64,000 nt of DNA from a virus (taxonomy: Duplodnaviria; Caudoviricetes). The position numbers were made by a program, and so were the translations under genes. This document shows positions 8,931 through 19,521 of this stretch, piece by piece. The stretch spans positions 128,001 to 192,000 of IMG/VR virus record IMGVR_UViG_3300029288_000001. One strand, given 5' to 3'. The notes under the pieces were generated by a model. That model was given only the letters and a program-made list of their open reading frames with translations. It was not told the origin of the DNA and searched no databases. How positions within the stretch are numbered: the first letter of the stretch is position 1; every line of letters begins with the position of its first letter.

Positions 8931-11900
8931 ATGAACGAAAAGAAAGAAGAAAATAGTTTTGAAGACGCTTGTAGAGCCGCCTACAGAGCCAAACAAGAGA
9001 AAGAGCGCGTAGAAAAAGAGCAGGAACGCGAGGATCGGATAAAATGCACTCAAAAGAACTTCGTTGAGAAGATCATGAACCCTAATAAAGGCATTTTTTA
9101 CGAGCTTGTATTTAACATCTGGAAGGTGAAAGGATACGCGCACGCGCTTTATAATCACAATCATGTAGAAAAGATATGCGATCTTAATAACTACGAGGTT
9201 AAGAAGGAAGTTTTATGCGTTCGCGCGTCTCCAGAATTGGCTATCGGAATGGACGAAGACGACATTATTTTATTCGTGCGGAAGTGCGAGTCGTGTAAGG
9301 AGTTTTATGTGATGGAAACATGTTACATTACTAATTTACCTCTCTCTCTTATTGGCGAGATCTTAGACGATCATAAAGAAGACCATCGTTGTTTGTCCTG
9401 TAATAGTAGGGACGAGATAAAAGACATATTAGATAACGAAACGTGAGGTATATTATATGACAGAAGAAAAGAAAACGATCGCGAACAGCAACCGTAATTT
9501 TGTGTTATTACAAGTAATTGTAGGGTTTCTCGTAATAGGAGGGATCGATCTATGCCTCCTCGTGTATCTCGAAGGGGATTATCTCGTGCCCGCGCTCTTT
9601 ACTCTCTGCGCAGCGCCTGTCCCACCAATCGTAGCGTATTATGGCGTGCGCTCGTCGAGTTGGCTCGCCGCTAATGGCGTCTGCCCAGAGTGCCGCGCAC
9701 CTGGATTAGAAGCGTTCTCGGTTCAAGGATATACTGGTGTGACCGTGTATAAATGTAATAAATGCGGAATGGAAGGCAAAATGATCGTGCCCGCGCTACT
9801 TGGTCGAGTAAGAGAATAAAAGGTGAAAAATAACGAGCACGCACGGAGTATTTGTTTTAAAATTAGAGGATAAGATTATAGGATTCCACATGTGTCACGA
9901 CGGGTATAATGTGGTAGACTTTTACGAGTTAAACAAAGGAATAAAGGATCCCAAAGAACTTTTCTGGAAGGCGTTTTACTTCTTCGCCGAAGAGGAATAT
10001 TCGGACTGCCCTGGTATAAACATTTACTCCGAAAAGTTCGATCTCGAAGCGGACTATTCCTCCATTACTTCCTACACGATTTATTTCGACGGGAAAGAAT
10101 GGTCTGGAGATATAAACAAATAATTTTACGATCGTTATTATTGCTTTAGTAATCGGTTTTATAAGGTCTCTAACCCATACGATCTATATGACCGAAGAAA
10201 CCGTGTCTGCCGCGATTCGTAAGATCTACGAGTTTTGCAACGCCTTAAACGGACGCATGGACAATGTAGTGGAAATGATCCGCGTCATAAATATGAAGCT
10301 GACCACGATCGAACAATTTCTAGCGAGACAGTTCGCGCCAAAGACCTTCAAGGACTTCGTTAATACGGAGTAAAATATTATGGACGAGAATACCGATATT
10401 AAATGGACCGATCTTACGATCGAGAGTATGGACGACTTAAAAAAACAACTGAAGAACATGGGCGATCCCATCTTGGAGAAGTTAGTGCTGGACGAACTCG
10501 CTCGTGGGAACCCTTACAGCTTGATCGGACGGCTGCTCTACACCGTCAGCGAATGCCTGTATTTTGCCGACAAGTTCGGTCTTACGGAAGACCTGCTACA
10601 GTCCATGAAGGACAGCGAGTTACTCTAACGAACGAGGAGGTATTTCATGGTATCCGCGTGTAAGATATATTATACCGACAAAACTACGGGAACGATCACG
10701 GACTGCAAGTCCTACGAGATCGTAGACGAGACGGCGGCGTTATTTCATTGTTTCAACTACCATCAGGGTCGGTGGACCGAGATCGTGCCTCTAGAAGAAG
10801 TGTCTCGGATTACCTGGGAGAGGCAGAATAAAACTTTATGGGAACGCAAGGTAACTGTGCGGTCGGAATTTAATAAAACGCGGGGAAGGAAGGAATGATC
10901 GATTGTAAGAAATGTTGGAATTACGAGGTATACGAGGACTTTTTTTCGGGGAACGATCTTTGGAGATGTAACAAATATACATGCCGTTTTATGTCGCGAA
11001 AGCACCGCCTGAGAGCGCGTCGGAGAAAGTTTAGACGGTTTATGAAAGAGAATGGAGTCGTATAAACAATGGGTAGAACTTACTACGGTAAAAACGGTAA
11101 AGACTTCGACACAAATATAGAAGGGGGAAGGTTTCTCGACCAAATTACCTTTGGATTGTTCAAGAAAATAGGTTGTTATCCAAAAACGGACGAGGATTGC
11201 AAGATAGTCGCGCGAATTCTACGGAATAGAGTCAATTTAAACCAATATTGGAGTCCTTTCTTTCTCGAATACGGCGTGGAGAACGAAGGCGAAGGCGCTA
11301 TAAAATGGATGAAGGAAGCGGTCGAGTTCTTCGAGAATTGTGGGGGGTGTATGGAAGAGGAAGAGTGGTACGAGAAGTTTGGAGGAGGAGAACCGTGAGT
11401 TTTTCGATCGAGAAAATAGACATGAGAAATTTGGTAGCGATCGTAGGGTTCGACGACGGTAAATCGTGGGCGTATCACAACAAGGTATTATACGAGAACA
11501 ACCGCGACTTCATAAAATCGAACGCGGTATTTTTAAGTCATGTATCGCATGTAATTATAGATAAGGAGTTGGAGTGGTAAGTATGGTAGAACCGATCGAA
11601 ATAAAAAAATATAGAACGGTAATAGACTACGAGGCGAAGGTGTTACACTTTCCAATCAAAGAGTGTTTTAAAGACTTTCCGAAGTCGGACGAGATCACGC
11701 GCGAGTATATACGGCTAACCGAGGCGCTAAGACCGGAGTATTTCGAGTCCGTGGTAATCAAGAGCGTAGAACGCGTAGAGGAGGGAAAACAAACACATGA
11801 ATAGTTTAAAAGAAATATACGAGAAAAGTAAGGCTGGGTTAATAGAAGAGTTGAAAAAACGCGGGTTCCAGCGAGACGAGCGAATGGGATTATTCGCGAA

Positions 11901-14326
11901 TTGGTGGTTTAAGGACGGCATCGAAGTCTACATAAGCCGCGACTACGACGTCCACGGAATCGACCCCGATCTGAGCGATCGCGAGAACGAATATAACAAC
12001 CGTTACAACGCGCTCGAATACGACCTACTGATCGCGTGGGTGGATAGAACCTTACAACGGAAAAAAGAGGTAAAATAAATGAACAAAATGGAATTAATAT
12101 CGTGGTTGGAAGAACAAGGGTTTAAACCCTACGATCATAGCGATGGGATCGTGCGGTTGTGGAAGGGAGATCTATGTGTTTCTATCTTTAAAGATGGAAA
12201 AGCGCGAGCGTGCGATCTTGGATACGAACTCCCTTCTTTAACGGTAATCTATTGTAACGAATGGGAATACGAGCAGATCGAACGGTGGGTAAACCGGATA
12301 ACATATTACCGATCCCAAAATCAAGAAAAATCGGAGGGAAAATAACACGCATTACATGCTTGGACATTACTTCCCAACGGAGGAAGAGCAGCGGAAAAGG
12401 AACGAGTTCGAAAAAGCGTGTAAGGCGCATCGTAACACGAACCTTCCGTTTAACTACGACGGGAAGACTTTTAAATACTTCGAGCATACCCCACTGATGT
12501 TCCACCCGTTCCGTTTCAAGATACACCTTAAATCGCACGAGTCGATTAGTTTTATCCGCGAGAACGGTCAATGGGAAGAGTATCTAAGGAGCGAAACGTG
12601 GAAGGTGCGAAATTTAATAAAACTATACTGGACTATTAAGAAAAAGGTAAGAGGGAAAAATAAACGACCGAGTTAAACTATTTCGAGAGAAAAATCGAGG
12701 AGATCAAATGCACGATATCCACTTTAGAACGCGACATAAAGGACTACGAGGTAGAAGGTATTTACTTCGAAAGGATTAAGAAAGTTATTCCCGATGTAGT
12801 CGTGGAAGTTACGAAATACCACAAGGAGTGGTTCGAAGCCGAGTCCGTGAACAAGGACTGGGAAGAGCTCTATTTCAAGGAAGGAAGCACCTGCGGAGGG
12901 TATAGTTCTACGCCGATCAAAGTGGGCGGAATAAGAAAAATAGAAGGAAGGTGGGTCCACAGCACGAAAGACCTCGTGATCGCGTGGGAATGTCGTTACG
13001 GAGGGTGCGACGGAGAGTTCGGTATAAAAGAACACTGGGAAGGTTACGAACCGAAGAAAAGTTGGGAAGAACTGGTCAAGGAAGCGTTTGGAGAACGGGC
13101 GGTTCCGATCGTGCGTCAGAAACTAGACGAGCACCCGTATAAGATCGTAGAAGACTACGACGAGGAGGACGAATAGAATGGACGAAAAAGAGCGTGAGTT
13201 CTTAGAGATCGATAACGATCGCATGCCGATATGTAACGATCCTGGAACGCCAAAGCTTATGACCATTAAAAAAAGAATCTCCCGCTTAGAGGACGAGCTA
13301 GCGCGGTTAGAAGACGCAACGCTCGTTATGAACAACAATCTATTAGCGGTGTCGAAAACGCTCGTTCGTATGGGAAAAGCGTTCGAGAAATGCGTATGTC
13401 CCGACTGCGCCGACAAGCCACGGTGTTTACATTTTATACATAAATTTAAAAGGGATTAATAAAATGGATGTAATAGACTTAAACGAGATCGATAAGTTAA
13501 AGAAATGGTTTAAGCGAGGATTTAGAGCGGGAAACGCGTATTGGCATTTCATGAGCCAAGAAAAAGCGGACCGCGTTAGCGAGAACGAGTTTGTGGCAAT
13601 TATTGCCAATCTAAGAAAAATAAAGGAGGACGAGTAATACGACAGACCCGATCACGACAGACCATAAGGAACCGATCGTGGTAAAGAAGGAGTGGACTAC
13701 TGCGCGTAGTTATTCCGAGGAGCATCCGTTCCTAGGATACGCGATCTGCATGGAGTGCGGACAAGGCATTCCCGTGCATAAGGATATGTGGTGGTCGATC
13801 TTCTGTAGCGACAAATGCCACGACAGGTTCTTTAATAAAGCGTATAGAGAGAGCGATAAGAAATGACCGATTGTTTGTTCTCGCGCTACGACCTCGACGG
13901 GTTAGACGGCGATCAAAAAACCTACACTTACGGACAGTTGTTAAACAAATGTAAATGTCCCAATTGCCAGAAAGAAAAAGAGATATTAAAGAAAATAAAA
14001 GAGGAAAAGAAAAAATGAACCAAGAAGAGAGAGAGAAAAGAAAAGAAGAGTTTTTTACCCATTTAAACGATCGAATAAAAAAGAACTTTTTGAAGGTGGA
14101 TAAGATTACCGTGATCAATACCAGCGAGCCCTTCCAGACCCACGAAGAGAAAGAGCTCGTTAACAACGGCTACATTTCGATAGACGAAGGTGGTCTTAGC
14201 ATCATTAGCGTGGATAATGAGAATCCGTTCGATTTATCGATCTGTCCTTCCTATAAGGACGAGCACGAGATAGAGATCGTGATTAAATCCACATTTAAGA
14301 AGTCCAAGAACGAAGATGATAAGTAA
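8931..14326 (+). CDS. Run of about 18 short, co-oriented hypothetical genes resembling early viral genes
   Basis: Tightly packed ORFs with SD sites; several carry CxxC pairs; three appear to start at ACG (9833, 12664, 13639). Confidence 0.6.
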
Positions 14327-14936
14327 TACGATCGACCAGATAGTAAAGATCTACGAAATTATTAAGGAGATCGTCTTACAAGACGGTCACGGAAACGAGA
14401 TCGAGTGGTGTAAAAACATCTATTTAAACGCGCTCTCGGAAGAGAACTTCTACCGCGAGTATTCGTGGGTGGTGATCAACTCGGGAATGAAATACCAAGT
14501 CGCGAAGAGAATATACGACGCGTTCTGGAAAGATAATACCGTTAACTTCGACGCGGTAAGACATCCCAATAAAAATAAAGCGCTCCGGCAGGTCTATTCA
14601 AGATTGGATCAGATCTTCTACTTCTTAAAATCGAGTTATAATCCTTTAAAATACCTCGAAACATTACCGCAGATCGGACCCGTTACCAAATACCACTTAG
14701 CACGAAACATAGGAATCGACTGCGCGAAGCCAGACCGTCATCTGGTAAGAATTGCGAGTTTCTTTGGCTACGAGGACGTCCAGAAGTTCTGTCAAGAGAT
14801 CGCGGACAAGACTGGAGACCGAATCGGCGTGGTGGACATCGTGTGGTGGAGGTTCGCAGAGTCCTATCCCAATTATTTAGATCAGATTACCTACGCGAAA
14901 GAAAGGAGGAAAAATCGTGAAGAAAAAGAGCGATAA
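14316..14936 (+). CDS. HhH-GPD superfamily DNA glycosylase-like protein
   Basis: HhH motif LETLPQIGPVTKYHLARNIG followed by KPDRHLVR. Confidence 0.7.
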   Translation: MISNTIDQIVKIYEIIKEIVLQDGHGNEIEWCKNIYLNALSEENFYREYSWVVINSGMKYQVAKRIYDAFWKDNTVNFDAVRHPNKNKALRQVYSRLDQIFYFLKSSYNPLKYLETLPQIGPVTKYHLARNIGIDCAKPDRHLVRIASFFGYEDVQKFCQEIADKTGDRIGVVDIVWWRFAESYPNYLDQITYAKERRKNREEKER

Positions 14937-15272
14937 ACCAATGACAGAAGAAGAATTTCAACAAAGTCTAATTAACATGGTCAATAAAGGCACGCTTTAT
15001 TACGAAATGAAGAACGGCGAACCAGCCTTTCAATTAACGGAAGAAGGAATAAAAGAATACGAGAGATATAAATATTACGAGAAACATATAAAACCTCTAG
15101 GAGGATTGAAACATCTCATAGGAAAGAAATGCCCAATATGTAGTAGAGTCTCCACAGAAACTAACGATGGTATCTACGACGAAAAGACCGACGAGGTAAT
15201 CTGTTATGGTTGTTGGTTTGAATACAAAAAGAAAAAAGGGTATACAAAAAACTACGATTTTGAGGAAAGACT

Positions 15273-15827
15273 ATGATCGATAAGAAAAAAGAGCGATGGT
15301 TGTTTTGTTGCACCTCGGGCATGATCCGCAGTCCCACGGCGGCAAGAATGTTTGAGAACGAAGATTGCGACACGATGTTTATAGGCTTAGAGTACAACGG
15401 TATATGGAAGGTAAAAGAACAGTTAGATGGACATATATCGTGGGCGACCAAGATCTTCGTGATGGAAGACGAGCAGGAAACTTTTCTTTTATCGTTATTT
15501 CCCGATCTCGAAATCTTTAATTTAAATGTTCTCGATACATACGAGTGCGACTCTCCCGCGTTGAAGGAAATCCTCCAAGAGAGAATGCGTAACTGCGGCG
15601 TAGAGGAAAAATATCCAAAGGAGATGTTGGAAGAAGCTATGAAAGGAAAGAGCGCTCCGTATGTGCCTTTAAAGGTGTTGGAATCGAAGCGCGATCTCTG
15701 CGACTGGACAGACCGAATGGACGCGCTCGTGATTCCCTTGTTAAGATTTCCTAGCCCTACTTACGCCGCTTATATGAATTTAATGCGCGAACTAGAGAAA
15801 TTCTTATTAAAAAGAGATCTTATTTAA
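15273..15827 (+). CDS. Low-molecular-weight protein tyrosine phosphatase-like protein
   Basis: LFCCTSGMIRSPTA (Cx5RS loop) and WATKIFVME. Confidence 0.8.
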   Translation: MIDKKKERWLFCCTSGMIRSPTAARMFENEDCDTMFIGLEYNGIWKVKEQLDGHISWATKIFVMEDEQETFLLSLFPDLEIFNLNVLDTYECDSPALKEILQERMRNCGVEEKYPKEMLEEAMKGKSAPYVPLKVLESKRDLCDWTDRMDALVIPLLRFPSPTYAAYMNLMRELEKFLLKRDLI

Positions 15828-16515
15828 GAAAAAAACATCGTATTAGATCGTTAATAAACACGCATAAAAACAACTTTATTTTATTATTAGTTATGACTAA
15901 TACAACTAAAGAAGATTTAAAATTAAAAGAAATAAAAGAGTTTCTTGTCGTAGTAGATAAATACAAAAAAACATTAGAGAACTACGATCTCGCGGGATTA
16001 GAAGAGTTAGAGAAGAAATTGCAGATCTTAGAATCTATGCGGTGGAGTTTAAATAAACCTATCCATAGAGTCTTGGGAGGCGTGGGATTAGATGAGGACG
16101 ACGAACTACCAATTCCTATACCCGAGCCTGCGATCAGTAAGGTAGACCGCATAGTTGCGAATCTAATCAACCCCAACAGCATACGGCGCCTCGCCGAAGG
16201 ATTAACGGGCGTTGCCGATAACCTAGACAAGAAAAAAGAGCCTAAACAATGAGCGAGTACGAAAACCTAAAAAACGAGTTCGAGCGGAAGGTAAAGGAGC
16301 TCCAAGAGAAATGTCCACATACTACTACGAAGTGGTATATGCACATGTGGGCGCCAGGGCATTTTAGCGGCGAGGATATATTAGTGTGCGAGAACTGCGA
16401 TAAGCACCTTGGAAAACGCCCTACCCAACGAACGAATTAATTACCTTTTTTTTAGTATATAAAGACAATTGTTATCAATGAATCCAGATTCATTTCTATT
16501 TTTATAGTTCAACTA

Positions 16516-16587
16516 TGGGAATGGAGGGATTTGAACCCTCGACCTCTCGGTCCCAAACCGAGAATCCTACTTCTGGACGACATTCCC
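16516..16587 (-). tRNA. tRNA-Pro(UGG)
   Basis: Acceptor GGGAATG/CATTCCC; anticodon arm CTCGG TT TGG GA CCGAG; T-arm GAGGG TTCAAAT CCCTC. Confidence 0.9.
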
Positions 16588-16598
16588 GTTGAACTAAG

Positions 16599-16672
16599 TT
16601 GAGGTAGAGGGAGTTGAACCCTCGCTGACCGCGTTATAAGCACGGCGCTCTACCAAACTGAGCTACACCTCA
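16599..16672 (-). tRNA. tRNA-Ile(UAU)
   Basis: Acceptor TGAGGTG/TACCTCA; anticodon arm CCGTG CT TAT AA CGCGG; canonical D and T arms. Confidence 0.9.
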
Positions 16673-16680
16673 GTATTAAG

Positions 16681-16820
16681 CGCGGCGGGGAGGATTTGAA
16701 CCTCCGTGCCATTACGGCAAACTCGATTTCGGTTCTCGGAGCGAGAATAGCAATCTCGGATTCAATTGTCGGGAATTGACAATTCCAGTCGAGCTGAATA
16801 CCAGACTATCGTACCGCCGC
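16681..16820 (-). tRNA. tRNA-Ser(GGA) with a 55-nt anticodon-loop intron
   Basis: Acceptor GCGGCGG/CCGCCGC with G73; long variable arm; CTCGA CT GGA A [55 nt] A TCGAG. Confidence 0.85.
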
Positions 16821-16838
16821 ATTTTATCCTTGAAGTCA

Positions 16839-16908
16839 AGCCAGCGAGGAGAATTGAACTCCCGTGTAGAGGTCTGCAGCCTCCTGCTTACCGCTAAGCT
16901 ACGCCGGC
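16839..16908 (-). tRNA. tRNA-Cys(GCA)
   Basis: Acceptor GCCGGCG/CGCTGGC with U73; anticodon arm GGAGG CT GCA GA CCTCT. Confidence 0.9.
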
Positions 16909-16918
16909 ATAGTAGTAG

Positions 16919-17502
16919 TGCAGAGAGCAGGATTCGAACCTGCGGGTAGGACCTTGCCAACTAGATTTCTAACGGAACGCTTTGAGTTTCGCTTTCTTAG
17001 TTTCGCGTAAATATCGAATAGCAGAAAATAAAATCATAGGATTTTCGTATGCTCTCCCAATCATTTGATTACAACTATTACATAATAATCCTCTGAATCT
17101 TTTTGTTCTATGATCGTGATCGACATGGAAGTTTCCTTTTCCTTTAGGTGTTTTTGTTCCACAAATTGCACATCTACGGTTTTGTCCATCCAAAATTTTT
17201 TCAAATTGTTCGATTGTCATACCATAGCATTTTTTCAAATTATTTTTTCTATCTTTTTCTTTTTGATGATTCATAGGATTTTTTCTATAGTTTCTTTGAT
17301 ATTTTGAATGACACGATTTACAATCTCGTTGATAACCATCTTTTTCCCCTTTGTTCTTATGAAACTCCGAAATGCTTTTCATTTCTCCACATACGATACA
17401 TTTTTTTTCATTCATAATAATTCCTATTCAATATTTATTTCGCTCTTAACCATCCAGGTAAAGGATTTAAGTCTAGCGCGTTGACCGCTCCGCCATCTCT
17501 GC
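16919..17502 (-). tRNA. tRNA-Leu(UAA) split by a 499-nt intron (16967-17465)
   Basis: 5' exon GCAGAGA...CTAGA CT TAA A (17502-17466); 3' exon A TCTAG, long variable arm, GCAGG TTCGAAT CCTGC TCTCTGC A (16966-16919). Confidence 0.9.
16969..17415 (-). CDS. Intron-encoded endonuclease VII-family (His-Me finger) endonuclease, probably homing
   Basis: CxxC...CxxC N-terminal zinc motif, YGMTIEQF, CAICG, HVDHDH and RGLLCNSCN. Confidence 0.9.
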   Translation of the reverse strand: MNEKKCIVCGEMKSISEFHKNKGEKDGYQRDCKSCHSKYQRNYRKNPMNHQKEKDRKNNLKKCYGMTIEQFEKILDGQNRRCAICGTKTPKGKGNFHVDHDHRTKRFRGLLCNSCNQMIGRAYENPMILFSAIRYLRETKKAKLKAFR

Positions 17503-17689
17503 GTGGTATAATTAATAGGATAAAAATAAGAAGTAGTCTCTTAACCAATGCAACGCCATTACGGCAATGGCGACGAACAACTACTTATTGAGAGAGACAG
17601 CATGATTACACGATCAAATTATAATATATAATAATTGATTAGTTTCTATTTAAACTTTTTTATCAATCGTTTTATAAGAAAGAATCGGT

Positions 17690-17716
17690 GGGGCTCAGCC
17701 ATAGCTTCATTGCCCC
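17690..17716 (-). ncRNA. Kink-turn hairpin
   Basis: GGGGC AAU GA AGC UAUG GCU GA GCCCC fits the K-turn consensus. Confidence 0.55.
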
Positions 17717-17737
17717 TTTCAAAATAGGTTAATGTGA

Positions 17738-17844
17738 TGGTGCCAGGAGATGGATTTTAACCACCAATCTCCGCGATGCGCTTTTCGCGGGGTCTTATCT
17801 TCGTCGCCAAAGCCTTTGTACTTCGGGCGTTAAACGATCCCAGC
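17738..17844 (-). ncRNA. Aberrant tRNA-like RNA with encoded CCA
   Basis: Acceptor GCTGGGA/TCCTGGC-A-CCA; T-arm GGTGG TTAAAAT CCATC; 10-nt anticodon loop; about 30-nt hairpin inserted in the D-loop. Confidence 0.65.
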
Positions 17845-18116
17845 GTCAAGAATGGTCGGAGGGAACAGTCGATGAATCCGTTAACAGCTCTGTGTCTGCG
17901 TATCGCGACGAGCAGAGCCACACAAAACCCTTACTCGCCCAATCATTCTGAGAGCGTCTCCTCCGTTGATGGGCGTAGCAGAAGCGTAAGCCGTGGGCGC
18001 AACTCCACAGACTCGGCGCAATACCTTTCAGCCACAAGAGCCGTTAAGTCCTTACGCCATTTCCATTAGTCAACGATAGACGCTTCGTAACAGAAATGCT
18101 ACTCGGTAATTACCTA
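17845..18116 (-). ncRNA. Candidate structured non-coding RNA of about 270 nt
   Basis: GC-rich; long helix TTAACGGCTC..TGTG..CTG / CAG..CACA..GAGCTGTTAA encloses further hairpins; TTTAAATA box upstream. Confidence 0.45.
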
Positions 18117-18187
18117 GTATATAGTAAGATCGTAGGAATATTTAAATATTGTTGTTAAAAAAAGAATAAAAATTAGAAAAAAAGGTC

Positions 18188-18340
18188 TTATAGAACGCTC
18201 CACATAGGCTGCGGGTTCTGAATTACCACCGCACCGCACATAGGACACCGCACATCGGAAGATAGAACCAGAAACATGTAGTCTTCCTGATTACCGCAGA
18301 AGGTTCCGCATTTCGGGCAATAGATCGGGGTTCCGTTCAT
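18188..18340 (-). CDS. 50-aa zinc-ribbon protein
   Basis: MNGTPIYCPKCG...RCPMCGAVV, with its own TTTAAATA promoter. Confidence 0.7.
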   Translation of the reverse strand: MNGTPIYCPKCGTFCGNQEDYMFLVLSSDVRCPMCGAVVIQNPQPMWSVL

Positions 18341-18394
18341 AATCTATAGATCGGTTTTTTTCTATTTAAAGATTGTTATTATAGATAAAATAAG

Positions 18395-18592
18395 ATGCCG
18401 TTGTTCTACCAGCTTAAACTATACCCATTGATCGCGTGATATCTGGGTGATCAAGCCTGGACGGTGCGCGATTCAATCCAATACTACGATCCCACGCTTG
18501 TTATAGAGCGATCAACTCCATGGGGCGCAAGATCTAGCTCGTATCGTGCCAATTAAGGGGGTAGTTGGGTCTCGAACCCACTCCTCGCGGCT
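18395..18592 (-). ncRNA. Circularly permuted tRNA-like RNA
   Basis: The 3' half (GCCGC..GTGGG TTCGAGA CCCA..TACCC) precedes the 5' half (GGGTA TA GTTT AAGCTGGTA GAAC A ACGGC) by about 130 nt. A TATA box lies upstream and a T-run downstream. Confidence 0.7.
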
Positions 18593-19521
18593 AATCATTA
18601 GTAGATTCCTCTCTTTATAAATCTTCTTGTTAACCTTTTTATAATTGATTAACCCATTATACGGTGTAGATTAGAAAAAATAAATAAAAGTGATCAATAA
18701 AATGGAAATGGAAACGAAACCTGTATTTATAGAGTTTGCCGTGTTGTTTTGGACGGAGGAATGGAGCCAGAAGTGCCCGACCTGTAAGGGGGACATCAAG
18801 TACCACGACTGGTATGTGGAGGAATGGAATGACGACCGCGAAAGCGGCGAAGGAAGCGACGACTATTGTATTAAATGCGGATTAGAGTTAATCAAAAAAT
18901 CCTCGGAAGAACAGACCTTCGAGAGCCGCCCCCATATTATAAGCGAGAAAGTGGAGAAAGTCCAGAAAGCCGCCAAGGAAGCGATGGAAAAGATCTTGGA
19001 AAAAGGTAGAACCTTAGAAGGCTCGCTCGCGAACAGCGTAGGCGGCATATCCGACGAAGAGAGACCGCTCGTGTTGTTGATGGCACTAATGAACAATAAG
19101 AGCTCGCCAGAGCGGTTATCTAAGTTGTTCGAAGCGACTAAAAACATGAAAATAGACGTAGAAACGCTCGGAGAAGAGTTTGAAAAAGCGTTCTCTCAAG
19201 AATAAGAAAAGTAGGTGATTAAATTTGGAAAACGAGAAGGAAGCGAAGAAAATACTAAAACAATGTGGACTCACGCCAGACAACATCCAGCGGTTCGCGG
19301 AAGACATGGCAGCGAAAGCGTGCTCCACGGCGAGCGATGGTGCGTGGGCGCAATGTAAGGTCAATCCCAAGGAGTGTTATTCCGCGGTGTTGGAGGACGT
19401 GAAGCAGCGTATAGACCGCGAGCTAAAAGAAGTTAAAAAACTAATTAAATAATACTCTTTTTTTTAGAATTTCTATTTTACCCTTACTTTTTTATAGTCT
19501 AACGATCTATTATATAGTTAT

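Noticed and set aside
16967-17465. Group I intron in tRNA-Leu(UAA), as in cyanobacteria
   Set aside because: Only about 50 nt is non-coding, no P/Q/R/S core is visible, and a terminal-G junction would not follow a U.
16712-18069. ORFs 16712-16960, 17776-18069 and 17846-18037
   Set aside because: They overlap tRNAs or structured RNA and have atypical composition; likely spurious.
17851-18110. RNase P RNA
   Set aside because: Partial GAGGGAACAGTC and AACAGAA resemblance on the + strand, but P4 pairing cannot be formed.
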